DNA of 64,000 nucleotides from a virus: IMG/VR virus record IMGVR_UViG_3300028653_000010; one strand, 5' to 3'. Shown piece by piece: positions 49,133 to 59,060 of this stretch (position 1 is its first letter; each line of letters starts with the position of its first letter). The notes under the pieces were generated by a model. It saw only the letters and a program-made list of their open reading frames with translations, ran no database searches and was not told where the DNA came from. The position numbers and the translations under genes were made by a program.

Positions 49133-49498
49133 GTGAAATCAGGAGACAAGATAGAGGGTCCAGTCCCCTTCACGGTCTGCTCAACTATTAACGACTTGAG
49201 CAAGCTTGTGACCATCCCAAGCTTCATTGTGGATGGGGTCACGAAGGCTGCTGGGCTCACCCCAGTATGGCCGCTCGGGGTCTTCGTTATCTTCACTGAG
49301 GAGGGAGTGACCATCTGTGTTTACGGACAGGATGAGCACGGGGGCTTTGACACCAAGCGCAACACCATCGAGCTTCAGGACGATGTGATCCCACCTATTG
49401 GGGAAGCCGTCTGGAAGATGTGGAAGGAGCTTCGGGATACCCCGGAAGACGACTTGGTCATAGGCCTCAGCATTCTCAAGTCACTGACTACCCAATGA
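49133..49498 (+). CDS. hypothetical protein
   Basis: GGTGTA 9 nt before GTG. Confidence 0.55.
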   Translation: MKSGDKIEGPVPFTVCSTINDLSKLVTIPSFIVDGVTKAAGLTPVWPLGVFVIFTEEGVTICVYGQDEHGGFDTKRNTIELQDDVIPPIGEAVWKMWKELRDTPEDDLVIGLSILKSLTTQ

Positions 49499-49727
49499 TG
49501 AAAGTAACACCAATATTCCGCTGGTATGACCTATGGATCGGGTTCTTCTTTGAGAGGAGTAGCAAGACCTTGTACGTCTTTCCTATCCCTACCCTAGGCC
49601 TAAAGATCCAGCTAACCTTCACGCCCAAGTCAACTTGAGGGCTTTAGCCTTCGCTTCGTTGAGACACCAATACGACACCCAAGCTATGGGAGCACGTAGA
49701 GACTCAAAAATGAAGGAAACTGAGCGC

Positions 49728-50156
49728 CTACTTACCAGGCTTCTTACTTGGGACTTCTATATTGAAGTGGTCAACGATTGCGCGAGACATATCCTTGACC
49801 TCTTGCAGCCCTTGCTGCAGCCCTCTCATCTCTTCAGCTATGGATTCACTCTCTCGGCCCTGTACTGACGAAGAACCTTCGAACCTTGAGATAGTAGTAT
49901 CCAACTTAGCTTGTACTAGCTCTAGCTGACCCTGGACTTTCTGTTGCGACTCATGGATTTCCTCGACTTTTCTACCGTACTTGACAGCTTGCATCAAAGC
50001 CGACTCTCCAATATCACTCAGAGTTAATAGGCCCTTTCGAACAACATCCGGATTTAGTGGGTTGTCTTCGAATTGCGCTTTCCAGGAGCGCAAATTCTCC
50101 AAAGCAACAACCTCAGATGATACATTTTCGCTAGATCTGGACCGGTTCATACCCAT
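49728..50156 (-). CDS. coiled-coil hypothetical protein
   Basis: heptad-like composition. Confidence 0.55.
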   Translation of the reverse strand: MGMNRSRSSENVSSEVVALENLRSWKAQFEDNPLNPDVVRKGLLTLSDIGESALMQAVKYGRKVEEIHESQQKVQGQLELVQAKLDTTISRFEGSSSVQGRESESIAEEMRGLQQGLQEVKDMSRAIVDHFNIEVPSKKPGK

Positions 50157-50553
50157 GGGCTGTGCTCCGAGAGTCTCTACCTAAGCTACTAAGATGTATC
50201 AAGTATTTAGCTAGCTGACTATGTAGCCGCAACCCCATGGAAACCCCCACATCCTCTTAAATAGGTTCACAGCAGCAATTGGAGGTTTTTTGAGGTTGAG
50301 GTGGTATAGCCACCGATTCGAAAACTACTCTTGTGTGATACCCAGCGGGCAATCCAAGTATAGGGATACCAATGACAGTATGCACACTGATGAAGATAGT
50401 CCGCAATGACAGCTCTAACACCCACCCCATATCCTCAGAGTACCAGAGAGGAGCCCCAGGACCCTCGGCTGTAAGACTGACATAATGACCGCTGCGCAAG
50501 GTTGTCACGATATAGCACTTCTAAAAGGACTTCATTCGGTGTATGGAAGCCCC

Positions 50554-51093
50554 ATGATCCGAGAAGTGCTAACCGGCGTAGGTAGACTCAGAATTCTTAC
50601 TGGCCCGATGTTCTCAGATAAGACTGAGACGTTAATCCACATGGCAAAAGCCATCCCAAGTGAGCTTCGCGGCTGCTACAGGCCCGTTCGAGACACAAGG
50701 GACGTCCCAGGACTATTCGTATCCCACCGAGGAACCACCATCGATTGCGATTGGGTCTCGAACGACTTGTCGGACATCCAAGAGCACAACCACATCTTCA
50801 TTGATGAGGCTCAGTTCTTGGAACCCATAGCGATTTACCAAATCAATGAGTTCTTGCGCAAGGGGATCAGCTTCACCCTGTCCGGGCTCGACCTTGACTT
50901 TCGAGGGGTGCCCTTTGGACCGATGCCTAATCTTTTGGCCTACGCTGATACTGTTTTGAAGATGTCAGCTAAGTGCGCACAATGTGGGGAGCTAGCCTCC
51001 AGGACTTTTCGGAAGATTCAATCGGATGACTTGATTCTTGTAGGAGCTGACGAATCCTATGAGCCCAGATGCATTCGTTGCTTCACCCATTAG
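50554..51093 (+). CDS. tdk: thymidine kinase
   Basis: TGPMFSDKT, IFIDEAQF, GLDLDFRG.PFG, C..C...GA.ESYEPRC..C. Confidence 0.9.
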   Translation: MIREVLTGVGRLRILTGPMFSDKTETLIHMAKAIPSELRGCYRPVRDTRDVPGLFVSHRGTTIDCDWVSNDLSDIQEHNHIFIDEAQFLEPIAIYQINEFLRKGISFTLSGLDLDFRGVPFGPMPNLLAYADTVLKMSAKCAQCGELASRTFRKIQSDDLILVGADESYEPRCIRCFTH

Positions 51094-51317
51094 GCCTCAG
51101 ACGGGAATCTAGTCGTTCGGGGGCCAGGTACCAAGCTAGCATTGGTTAGCGGATCAAGGTGGACATTTATCTTGCTTTCAGCTGTAAGCTCTGGCATGTC
51201 ATCTTGAACCAAATCCGAATGAGTCTTGCATAGAAGTACTTCCACGCGACGATGGGTCGGTAGTTCATAGACCAGTAGAAAAGAAGCGGAGTCGCTACAT
51301 AGGACGCATGAAGGCAT
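51090..51317 (-). CDS. small zinc-binding hypothetical protein
   Basis: CVLC...LCKTH. Confidence 0.45.
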   Translation of the reverse strand: MPSCVLCSDSASFLLVYELPTHRRVEVLLCKTHSDLVQDDMPELTAESKINVHLDPLTNASLVPGPRTTRFPSEA

Positions 51318-51337
51318 ACAACACTAGAGGTAGCTTA

Positions 51338-51628
51338 TCAGGAGTTTCCACCCGTGAGGTTTCGTATGATCCTCTCGGCTCTTGTGAGTACCGTTGAGCG
51401 TTGAACCGGTGCAGTAGCTCTCGGTGTTCCAGACCCTAGTCGAGGACGCTGGGGCGGTTGTGTCGGCTCATTCTCACCCTCATTTGCTCCAAAGTGGTTG
51501 ATGGTAGCGGGCCTGTGAAAAATATGTAGAAAGCTCTGAATCACTTTCGAGGTCTGACCAATGAACACCACCACTATCCAAGCGGCTAAAAAGTAGTGCT
51601 CTTCTATAAATTTCCACAGGCGGGTCAT
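51338..51628 (-). CDS. small membrane protein with variant tag
   Basis: N-terminal hydrophobic helix, Pro linker, ends VLTRAERIIRNLTGGNS*. Confidence 0.6.
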   Translation of the reverse strand: MTRLWKFIEEHYFLAAWIVVVFIGQTSKVIQSFLHIFHRPATINHFGANEGENEPTQPPQRPRLGSGTPRATAPVQRSTVLTRAERIIRNLTGGNS

Positions 51629-51660
51629 GCTCTTACTTCGGTGTAAAGGGTTGCAGCAGT

Positions 51661-53508
51661 ATGGACAAGATTGAATTTCGTAAGATTGGTTCCCTGAGAC
51701 TACACCCAGACAACGTAAAGATCTTCGGTCTTCCTACCGACGAGGCAAGTTACGAAGAGATTAGAGAGGATATCCAGAAGAGAGGCCTTCAGGAGCCCCT
51801 CATCATCCTTGACGACGGAACCATACTGTCGGGCCACATCAGGTACTCTGGCTTCTGTTGGACTCTCGAACAAGGCGGCCTGACCAGCGCGCAGATCAAA
51901 GAGGAAGTGATTGCTGTTCGAGTTCACGAGAACTTTGAATCAAAAGAAGAAGAACTCGAGTACTTGATGAGCGCCAATGCTAAGCGCCGGCATCTTGACC
52001 CAAGAAGGATGGCTACCTCCCTTGAAAGGTTGGAGCAGATCCTAGAAGCCAGTGAACAGGGCAAAAAGGGCAAGAAAGGGGAGGCCCTCAAAAAGTTGGC
52101 TGATCGGTTGGGAGTCACTTTCAAGCTTGCCACCACCTATCGCATCATCTTCAGTAGCAAGATTGTCCCCGAGGACTACAAGGACAGGGTTAACTCGAAG
52201 TCACTGGCTACCACTATGGTTATTGATGCCATCAAATTCGCTGAGGAAGCTGCCAAGCGTGAAAGTCGAGCTCCCTCTGCAGACGACGTGGTCATCTACC
52301 TCAAGACCCCGCGCACCAAGACGACGCTGTCTGACACCATCCGAGAAGCAGCCAAGGGGGGTACCTCTGTCACCGCCAGTACCGGCGCCCCGATCCCAAC
52401 ACCCAAGCCTGCCAAACCAGTCACCGTTGAAGTAGCACCGGAGCCGCCCAAGGCTGAAGAGAAGCCCGCCCATGCTCTCGAACCATCCAAGGTTGATGAC
52501 GACGACAGTGATAGGGATCCTCCAGAGACCCCAGTAGAGAGAATAACTACTGCGCGCCGTCTACTGAAGGAAGCCTTGAGGGTCATTGTACTCGACGAGT
52601 CAGCTACTTCAGTACTCGTGGGCTTGCATACGGAACTGACGTCGTATCTCACGACAATGAACCTCATCTCCCACTATACTGCCGTACCACAACAAGGTCT
52701 GGTTATACCAACCGATGCCACTGAAGTGGTAAACCTGTGCACCTCTCTTGTACAGGGGATTGACGAATCTCCAGTAGACCCCCAAGGGATGCGTGATGCC
52801 CTCATTGATTTGATGGGCTTCATCAAGATCAGTATTGATAGGCTCACCGTTACCAGGAAGACATTAGAGCCCAACGGTTTATACTGCCCGGAATGCCTAG
52901 AACCCCAATTGAATAGTCCAAGTGGTGCTACTTGCAGTAAGGGTCATGGTGGGCTAAGTGGGATTACAGAGGCTCAAGTAGAGCGGATCAAGCTGTCACA
53001 GGAGCTATCGGCAGATAAGTTCAAGTGCTGCTTCTGTGGTAGTCAGGTTGAAACCGCAGACTCATACGCCACCCATGCGAACTGCCCCAAGTGTGGGTTG
53101 GTCGACACGTCCGATATTGAACCCGTAACAGCATCAGCTGAACCTAAGAAGGACGATGAGCTAGACATTGACTTGTTGGACGAGGTCCTCAGTTCAGAAC
53201 CGTCAGCACCTGCTCCCACACCCTCTACAGGCACGGACATTAGCGCGGACGAGTTAGCCGCTCTTCTAGATCAAGAAGAGTCTACGAAGGATCCTGAGCC
53301 CAAGAAGGTAGAACCAAAGAAAGCTCCTGAGCCCAAGAAGGTAGAACCAAAGAAAGCTCCTGAGCCCAAGAAGGTAGAACCAAAGAAAGCTCCGCCGGTT
53401 CAAGTGAAGTCCAATGGGGCTGATGAACCTGATTCAGCCTTTGTATCTGCGGTAATTGACGACTTCGAGATCGAACTGCAGAAGGCCGGTGTATCCACAA
53501 CCGCCTAA
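51661..53508 (+). CDS. ParB/Srx-like N-terminal domain protein with zinc ribbons and repeats
   Basis: LRLHPDN, I..RGLQEPLII..DG.ILSGH.R, N..RRHL; CPEC, CCFC..CPKC; 3x PEPKKVEPKKA. Confidence 0.75.
   Translation: MDKIEFRKIGSLRLHPDNVKIFGLPTDEASYEEIREDIQKRGLQEPLIILDDGTILSGHIRYSGFCWTLEQGGLTSAQIKEEVIAVRVHENFESKEEELEYLMSANAKRRHLDPRRMATSLERLEQILEASEQGKKGKKGEALKKLADRLGVTFKLATTYRIIFSSKIVPEDYKDRVNSKSLATTMVIDAIKFAEEAAKRESRAPSADDVVIYLKTPRTKTTLSDTIREAAKGGTSVTASTGAPIPTPKPAKPVTVEVAPEPPKAEEKPAHALEPSKVDDDDSDRDPPETPVERITTARRLLKEALRVIVLDESATSVLVGLHTELTSYLTTMNLISHYTAVPQQGLVIPTDATEVVNLCTSLVQGIDESPVDPQGMRDALIDLMGFIKISIDRLTVTRKTLEPNGLYCPECLEPQLNSPSGATCSKGHGGLSGITEAQVERIKLSQELSADKFKCCFCGSQVETADSYATHANCPKCGLVDTSDIEPVTASAEPKKDDELDIDLLDEVLSSEPSAPAPTPSTGTDISADELAALLDQEESTKDPEPKKVEPKKAPEPKKVEPKKAPEPKKVEPKKAPPVQVKSNGADEPDSAFVSAVIDDFEIELQKAGVSTTA
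53293..53391 (+). repeat. 33-bp tandem repeat x3 (PEPKKVEPKKA)
   Basis: CCTGAGCCCAAGAAGGTAGAACCAAAGAAAGCT repeated. Confidence 0.85.
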
Positions 53509-54749
53509 TGAACAAACCCGGTACCAAGAAAACTAAGCGTTTTGGTTGGAGACAAGCCCTAGCGTTCTCAACCGATATCATCCCGAAGATCCCGACCCAC
53601 AAGGATGGGATCTTCGGAACCATAGTGAAAGTTCTGGGAATATTTGATTCTCTCACCAAGATAACCAATGGCAAGTCCACCGCTCTCTTTGAGTTCTTTT
53701 CCAACAAGGACCTCATAGAAGCCAGCAACCAGCAGTTCGTGAACTCGTTCTTCGGAACTGACCTCAGGAATAGCTTCAAGGTCAATCACGTTCCGATAGG
53801 AGAGTTTCTTGACGTGGTTGAGGCATCAGATCCCGTGATAGGGACTATCTACTTTCTGGAGTGGCATTGGGGTGGAAGACCCGAGTACTCAGCGAACTTT
53901 TGGTATACCAAGGAGTTCAGCTTCGAGAAGACCATGGGGGCTCTCTGGGAAGAGTTCCACGACCGTCTTCACTTGGGGCTAGTATTCGATACCAGTCGAA
54001 GTGAGATCCAAGTCAGTTACTCCGAGATCCCACTCATGACGGACCCGCTGATTGGGCAGTTAGTCCTAGATCTAGAGGAGTTCAAGGAGCAACACCTGAA
54101 GTATCTCCACGACAAGGTACCGCGCACGTACTTGCTTGCCGGCAAGCAAGGGTGTGGGAAGACCAGCTTTGCTCTTCAATTGGCAATGCTGACCTGTGGA
54201 CGCACTCTACGCATTGATGCCAATGGCTTGACCAGCGTCGGGACCAAAGATCTCGACCTCATCATCCAGAGCCTGTCCCCCAACTTCTTGGTTATCGACG
54301 ACCTCGACCGTTGCGCAGAGCTTGAGAAGTCCTTGCCTACCTTGTTCTCTACTCTCACTGACTTCAAGGGCAAGTTCCCGAATGTCACAGTCTGCATCAC
54401 CATCAACGATATCACCAAACTGGACGCGGCCCTCTTGCGACCTGGACGCATTGATGAGATCAAAGAGTTCGAGGATCCCAACGCTACCGACCGAGAAGAG
54501 ATCCTGCGCGGGTACCTGAAGGAGTTTGGAATCGAAGGACTGGAGGACATCAGCGAGATCGTAGCGTGTACCGAAGGTCTCACCGGCGGCTATCTAAGGG
54601 AGATAGCCCTGCAACTGAAGTATCGACCTCAATCAAAGGTGCTCAAGCTGGTATCCCGAATGAAAGAGTTGGCTGCCCCCAAAACTGAGAAGAAGGCAGA
54701 AGGCCCCAAAGGTCCTGAGCTGTCACCTTGTTCTCCTCCTACTGGTTAA
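53508..54749 (+). CDS. AAA+ ATPase
   Basis: GKQGCGKT Walker A, LVIDDLD Walker B, LDAALLRPGRID second region of homology. Confidence 0.85.
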   Translation: MNKPGTKKTKRFGWRQALAFSTDIIPKIPTHKDGIFGTIVKVLGIFDSLTKITNGKSTALFEFFSNKDLIEASNQQFVNSFFGTDLRNSFKVNHVPIGEFLDVVEASDPVIGTIYFLEWHWGGRPEYSANFWYTKEFSFEKTMGALWEEFHDRLHLGLVFDTSRSEIQVSYSEIPLMTDPLIGQLVLDLEEFKEQHLKYLHDKVPRTYLLAGKQGCGKTSFALQLAMLTCGRTLRIDANGLTSVGTKDLDLIIQSLSPNFLVIDDLDRCAELEKSLPTLFSTLTDFKGKFPNVTVCITINDITKLDAALLRPGRIDEIKEFEDPNATDREEILRGYLKEFGIEGLEDISEIVACTEGLTGGYLREIALQLKYRPQSKVLKLVSRMKELAAPKTEKKAEGPKGPELSPCSPPTG

Positions 54750-54803
54750 ACGGAAAAGGCCCCAACCCTCTCGAGCTGAGGCCTTCGAGCTAACTAGCTA
54801 GGC

Positions 54804-55808
54804 CTACAGTGCTTCGCTCTGGATTACCCAGAAGTCACTCGCAAGTGACGTGTTTTTCAGGTATTCATAAGTGACCCAGTAGTAACCTGCTAGACCCCAA
54901 TCAGTTCCCCAGCTGTTGCGTACGAGGAAAGCACCCTTGGAGGTTGATCTGAAGGGGTTGACCATGTTGTCGTTGTAGCCAACGAGACACTGAGCGTGCC
55001 CACCCTGGAGAGACTCAGTCTTGGCAGGTAGATCCAAGAAGGCCTTCGTGGCCATATCTTGGCTCATAAAGTAGTCGTAGACCTGGAAGCCGTAGCCAAC
55101 GAGGAATCCGGATGCAATAGCAGCCTTCATCGTGACTAAGTCACCATCCGTAATTGAGTGGTAGCTTGTAACCTTGTGGGTGGCGGCTGCAGTCCAGATC
55201 GTCGACGGAGGGTTGGTCGTGAACTTGTTGATGTCGTACGGCCAAGATGCTTCATCAGCGATACCGTACTGAGCACCAGCCTTGATCGTGTCACGGATCG
55301 TGGCTCCACTATCTTCACTGACCGTCCCTTCGATCTTGCGAGTGGCGTAGTACTCGAACAACCTACTGACCTGAATCAAGGTCTTGGGCGTTGGCGTGGG
55401 GGTTGGCGTGGGGGTTGGCGTGGGGGTTGGCGTGGGGGTTGGTGCGGGAGCGGCCGCTGGGGTCACCTTTGTAGAAAACGAGATACTTCCGTCGGCATTC
55501 GTGACAATACTCGAGACAACGACAGCTGCTGAGGAAGCGCCAATGAGGCTATTCTTCGCTCCACCACTGATCTCATTGGATTCAACCATGCCGGCAAACA
55601 TGTTGGCCGTACATGAACCAAGCTGACCCTGATCTTCGATAGTCGAGCAGATGGACCGTAGATCCATTGATGTCGGGGCTGCAGTAAGTAGCCCCTGAGG
55701 TACTTTAACTCGGTACTCCTCATCCCGAGTGTCATTAGTTTGCTTCTTCCAACCGCCAAGATGGGCTTGACGTTGGGTCCCGTTATGCGTGTGGTATGTT
55801 CTGAGCAT
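54804..55808 (-). CDS. papain-like C1A cysteine peptidase with Pro-Thr insertion
   Basis: DQGQLGSCTAN, GGHAQCLVGY, VRNSWGTDWG; (PT)n linker. Confidence 0.9.
   Translation of the reverse strand: MLRTYHTHNGTQRQAHLGGWKKQTNDTRDEEYRVKVPQGLLTAAPTSMDLRSICSTIEDQGQLGSCTANMFAGMVESNEISGGAKNSLIGASSAAVVVSSIVTNADGSISFSTKVTPAAAPAPTPTPTPTPTPTPTPTPTPKTLIQVSRLFEYYATRKIEGTVSEDSGATIRDTIKAGAQYGIADEASWPYDINKFTTNPPSTIWTAAATHKVTSYHSITDGDLVTMKAAIASGFLVGYGFQVYDYFMSQDMATKAFLDLPAKTESLQGGHAQCLVGYNDNMVNPFRSTSKGAFLVRNSWGTDWGLAGYYWVTYEYLKNTSLASDFWVIQSEAL
55386..55443 (-). repeat. 12-bp tandem repeat encoding Pro-Thr
   Basis: (GGCGTGGGGGTT)n. Confidence 0.8.
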
Positions 55809-55840
55809 ACCTGACTAGCCCCATAGAAGGACTAGCATTA

Positions 55841-56398
55841 CTAAGTCTTCACGTTCGGGGTGAACTCCTCCCAAGCCTCATGCAAACCATGCAACTCAGG
55901 ATGGAACCCATACTTCAACATTTCTGTGTATGCATCGTTCTTGCTCCAACCATCGGAGTTTACGCGATACCTACCTATCAAGTACCCAGTTCGATCTTGA
56001 CCATGCGTGCAATGGACAAGAGTACCAACACTTAAGTCAATGAGCTTTTCAGCCTCTTCTATGGTCTTTTCGTCAGGTCGAACGAAGGTGTTCGTGATGT
56101 CGCTGATGAGATCCTTGTCTCCTTCAGGTTGTACGCTCACCACATACGTAGTAATACCGACTACTCTTGCAAAGCTATCACTATACTCACGTTCGAAGTT
56201 GAGCTTGACGACACGAGTGACTCCAAGCTTTTTCAAGTAATCCCAATCAAATACCGTCCTCGGTTGTCCGGATCTCCACAACCCTGGTTTGACTTGTCTA
56301 AGATTCGGGATCGTGTGTGTCACCGTTGTTGGGGTTGCCCCTAATAAAGCCCGAATCCAATACCAAATTCGTAGAAGGAATTGCTTGACTTTGGTCAC
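55841..56398 (-). CDS. tyrosine/dual-specificity protein phosphatase
   Basis: LWRSGQP and HCTHGQDRTG (CX5R). Confidence 0.85.
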   Translation of the reverse strand: MTKVKQFLLRIWYWIRALLGATPTTVTHTIPNLRQVKPGLWRSGQPRTVFDWDYLKKLGVTRVVKLNFEREYSDSFARVVGITTYVVSVQPEGDKDLISDITNTFVRPDEKTIEEAEKLIDLSVGTLVHCTHGQDRTGYLIGRYRVNSDGWSKNDAYTEMLKYGFHPELHGLHEAWEEFTPNVKT

Positions 56399-56423
56399 AC
56401 CCAGTGGCCTAGATAAGTTCTTT

Positions 56424-56669
56424 ATGCCAGTCCCAACTCGATATGAGAGAATAATCCGCTATCTTGAGGTGGAACGCGAGTACTTGGAACGTCAAGAGCA
56501 GATTCGTAACAACGTCGTGGGTGAGGTGGGGGTGCGTGACCGAATGAACCCATGCCAGATGTTTGACTATGGACCAGGAACGGGTACTTGCTGGTCAGAT
56601 GGGCACTACATGTGCAAGGAATGCAAGCACCTAAGTCCTGACAGGCCTTACCGGTTCGAGGAGGATTGA
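56424..56669 (+). CDS. small zinc-binding protein with N-terminal RYER motif
   Basis: MPVPTRYERIIRYL...C..DGHYMCKEC. Confidence 0.55.
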   Translation: MPVPTRYERIIRYLEVEREYLERQEQIRNNVVGEVGVRDRMNPCQMFDYGPGTGTCWSDGHYMCKECKHLSPDRPYRFEED

Positions 56670-57188
56670 GATTGCCCGCTGAGCATCTTTTTTAGTAAGC
56701 CCAACAGCTAAGTCCGTTCGAACCAGATGGCTACTAAGATGCGCCATATCTGTGTCATCATCCAAAATCACCATGCTCTCAACTTCGGGGTTGAGGTCCA
56801 ACCATGCTTGAATCTCATAACCCCTAAGCTTCGCGGGACTCTTGACGTTAACTGGCGTGATGTCAATCAATTCACCCTTGAACCCACGAAACTCCAATAG
56901 CTTCTGAAGCCCAGAGATGCTGTGACTGAAGCGCCAGGTGGAGGATAGAACAGCATCAGCATCCGAGGCTTCAATGATCTGGTTGAGATACTCAACACAG
57001 AGGGGATCGATGCTTCTTAAATCGTGGATCAGCATATCCACGGGATACCCATGGTAGTATTTGGTGGCGATCTTGGTGGCGTACTCTACCTCCTCTTCCG
57101 TTGGATCAGTGCGACTCAACTGTAAAAGCAACCGAAATGAATTCAAAACTCCATCCAGATCGAGAAATATAATAGGTACTTGTCCCAT
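56631..57188 (-). CDS. HAD-superfamily protein (Swiss-army-knife RNA-repair HAD type)
   Basis: IFLDLDGVLN, VLSSTWR, RG.EI..WL, VILDD. Confidence 0.8.
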   Translation of the reverse strand: MGQVPIIFLDLDGVLNSFRLLLQLSRTDPTEEEVEYATKIATKYYHGYPVDMLIHDLRSIDPLCVEYLNQIIEASDADAVLSSTWRFSHSISGLQKLLEFRGFKGELIDITPVNVKSPAKLRGYEIQAWLDLNPEVESMVILDDDTDMAHLSSHLVRTDLAVGLTKKDAQRAISILLEPVRPVRT

Positions 57189-57305
57189 AATTAGGTACCA
57201 TCTATGTCCTAGTAAAGTACTTGTCCACCTAACTAAGTATGAAGACTTGCCCAGTTTGCAAAGGTGATCACAAGAAGCGTGGGACCTACTGCAGTCAAAA
57301 GCAGA

Positions 57306-57335
57306 ACGAGCGTAGCTTTTTGAAACTACGCTCGT
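57306..57335. terminator. hairpin ACGAGCGTAG...CTACGCTCGT
   Basis: 10-bp perfect stem downstream of 57354-57767. Confidence 0.55.
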
Positions 57336-57353
57336 GAGGAGTCAGCTTGTGAT

Positions 57354-57767
57354 CTAGCGCCGTCGTGACTTCTTCACTGACTTAACTTCAACCTTCTTGG
57401 GTTTTTGAACCCGAGGATCTACCTCCTTCGGCTTTCGAACTCGAGAGGTATTCCGAGGTGTTGATTCGTCATTAGAGGCCGATACCATCAAAGGTACTTG
57501 GGGGTTGTTGCGGGCGCTCTCCATCACCTGATCACCCTTGGGGCTCGAAGACGGAGTAGTTACAGAAGGTGCTTTCTTGTGTAGGTGATGGCGCTCCTGT
57601 TGAAGCATCTTGGCGATCTCAACAATAACCACACCGATTCTCTCGTGAGCAATCTTGCCTAGTTGTTGGTCTACAAGTAACTTGGCATCTCCAAGATACC
57701 CCTGGACCATCAACATCTCTTTACTCAACTCCAATGACATGGGACCTCCGTTCGGGATTCTCGACAT
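57354..57767 (-). CDS. hypothetical protein with basic tail
   Basis: GGTGTA upstream. Confidence 0.55.
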   Translation of the reverse strand: MSRIPNGGPMSLELSKEMLMVQGYLGDAKLLVDQQLGKIAHERIGVVIVEIAKMLQQERHHLHKKAPSVTTPSSSPKGDQVMESARNNPQVPLMVSASNDESTPRNTSRVRKPKEVDPRVQKPKKVEVKSVKKSRRR

Positions 57768-57836
57768 AGCATGCGATTTAGAGAGATACTACACCAAAGC
57801 TCTGGAAAGTAGTTCAGAAAAGTGTAATCTACTGAC

Positions 57837-58250
57837 GTGGCAGCTCCGTTCTTCAATTCATCAAAGAATCCCAGTAGCCCCGAGCTGGTGACTCAAAACG
57901 ATGTTAGGGCTCTTTTGACCGCTTTCCATCGAGGCGATCCTGTGATTGTGTCCGCCGATAAAACACCAGGGATCTTTGCACTAGCCCTTGCAATGGTGAA
58001 GGATAACAAGAAGTTAGACTTGAAGCTTCCCAGGCAATGGTGCCAATTTCGACCAAAAGTCCATCTTGTCGAGTGCAAAGTGGAAACCCTGATGATCGGA
58101 GAACTACGTGCTACTGGCAAGTTTCCAGCAAATTGGACTGGAACTTTGGAGCAATACCTCTTCCTTATCATCAGAGAGGCGTTCCAAGCCGGCGGTTCTG
58201 AAGTGTCAGAAGGGATGCCCAGTCGATACGAGCGCCCTTGGGTGATCTAG
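57837..58250 (+). CDS. hypothetical protein with C-terminal RYER tag
   Basis: ends GMPSRYERPWVI*. Confidence 0.7.
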   Translation: MAAPFFNSSKNPSSPELVTQNDVRALLTAFHRGDPVIVSADKTPGIFALALAMVKDNKKLDLKLPRQWCQFRPKVHLVECKVETLMIGELRATGKFPANWTGTLEQYLFLIIREAFQAGGSEVSEGMPSRYERPWVI

Positions 58251-58777
58251 AGTTTTTGGTCCTTGAGCGACTGTCGAGCTAGCATCAAAACCTTACCCAA
58301 CCGGTTGACACCGACCCCTGAGCAACCAATCCCCCAGTACGGGTCGTGGATGGCGTTCTCAACAAGAGCCAAGGTCCCAGTGCCCAGAAGGATGCTTCGG
58401 ATATCCGAGTGCTGGGTGAACTTGGCTAGAACCACTTCGAACATGACCAAGTCCTTGACTAGTTTAATGGCCTTCGCCGGTCCCCGCCCATCATCAACAA
58501 GAGACCCCTCCAACCCACCCCAATTGGACACTGGGCTATCCCAGTCATCTCGAATCGGGTAGCTACGGTCCCTCCCAAGTGCGGCCGCCTCCATTGGCTT
58601 GGGGGCTCTTAGGATTGCTTCCACCAAATCCAACCGGTGAGGGTGGAACTTCATCGCCTGGAAGGCAGCCTCTGAAGTACTCCAATTCCGGCCCTTGTAC
58701 AGTACTGAGTGTCTCGAAAAGTTCGAGAAGCAACCATACGGGATCTCTTTTGGTGAATAAAATAAGATCTGATCCAT
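58247..58777 (-). CDS. NADAR (YbiA-like) family protein
   Basis: FSNF, SEAAFQAMKF, KFTQH..L.GTG..LVE...D.YWG, N.LG..LM..R. Confidence 0.9.
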   Translation of the reverse strand: MDQILFYSPKEIPYGCFSNFSRHSVLYKGRNWSTSEAAFQAMKFHPHRLDLVEAILRAPKPMEAAALGRDRSYPIRDDWDSPVSNWGGLEGSLVDDGRGPAKAIKLVKDLVMFEVVLAKFTQHSDIRSILLGTGTLALVENAIHDPYWGIGCSGVGVNRLGKVLMLARQSLKDQKL

Positions 58778-58979
58778 CTCGACTTGGGATACACCGGAGA
58801 ATCGGTGGTGTAAAGTCCTATCGTGGGTCGTGGGACCCGTTTACCCTACACATGAGGTGGTTGAACCTCAAACCACCTCATGGATTCTTTGGGGATCGTT
58901 GTTTATCAAAATACTACTTGAAGTCCTAACTTAATTGGTGTACCTTTCTTGGTGTGACGGGGAATGCTCCTTGTCACTA

Positions 58980-59058
58980 TCGGGGTTTAGCCGAATGATA
59001 CTTTGGAGTCGGCTATAGGACCATATTCTATGGTGGTTCGATACCATCAACCTCGACC
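58980..59058 (+). ncRNA. non-canonical tRNA-like cloverleaf (CAT at anticodon position)
   Basis: acceptor TCGGGGTT/AACCTCGA, T-arm GGTGG-TTCGATA-CCATC, anticodon arm ATAGG-ACCATAT-TCTAT, oversized D-position hairpin TAGCCGA/TCGGCTA. Confidence 0.5.
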
Positions 59059-59060
59059 GG

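Noticed and set aside
58980-59058. Calling a standard tRNA-Met
   Set aside because: D-arm, position 33 and variable region are non-canonical; reported only as tRNA-like.
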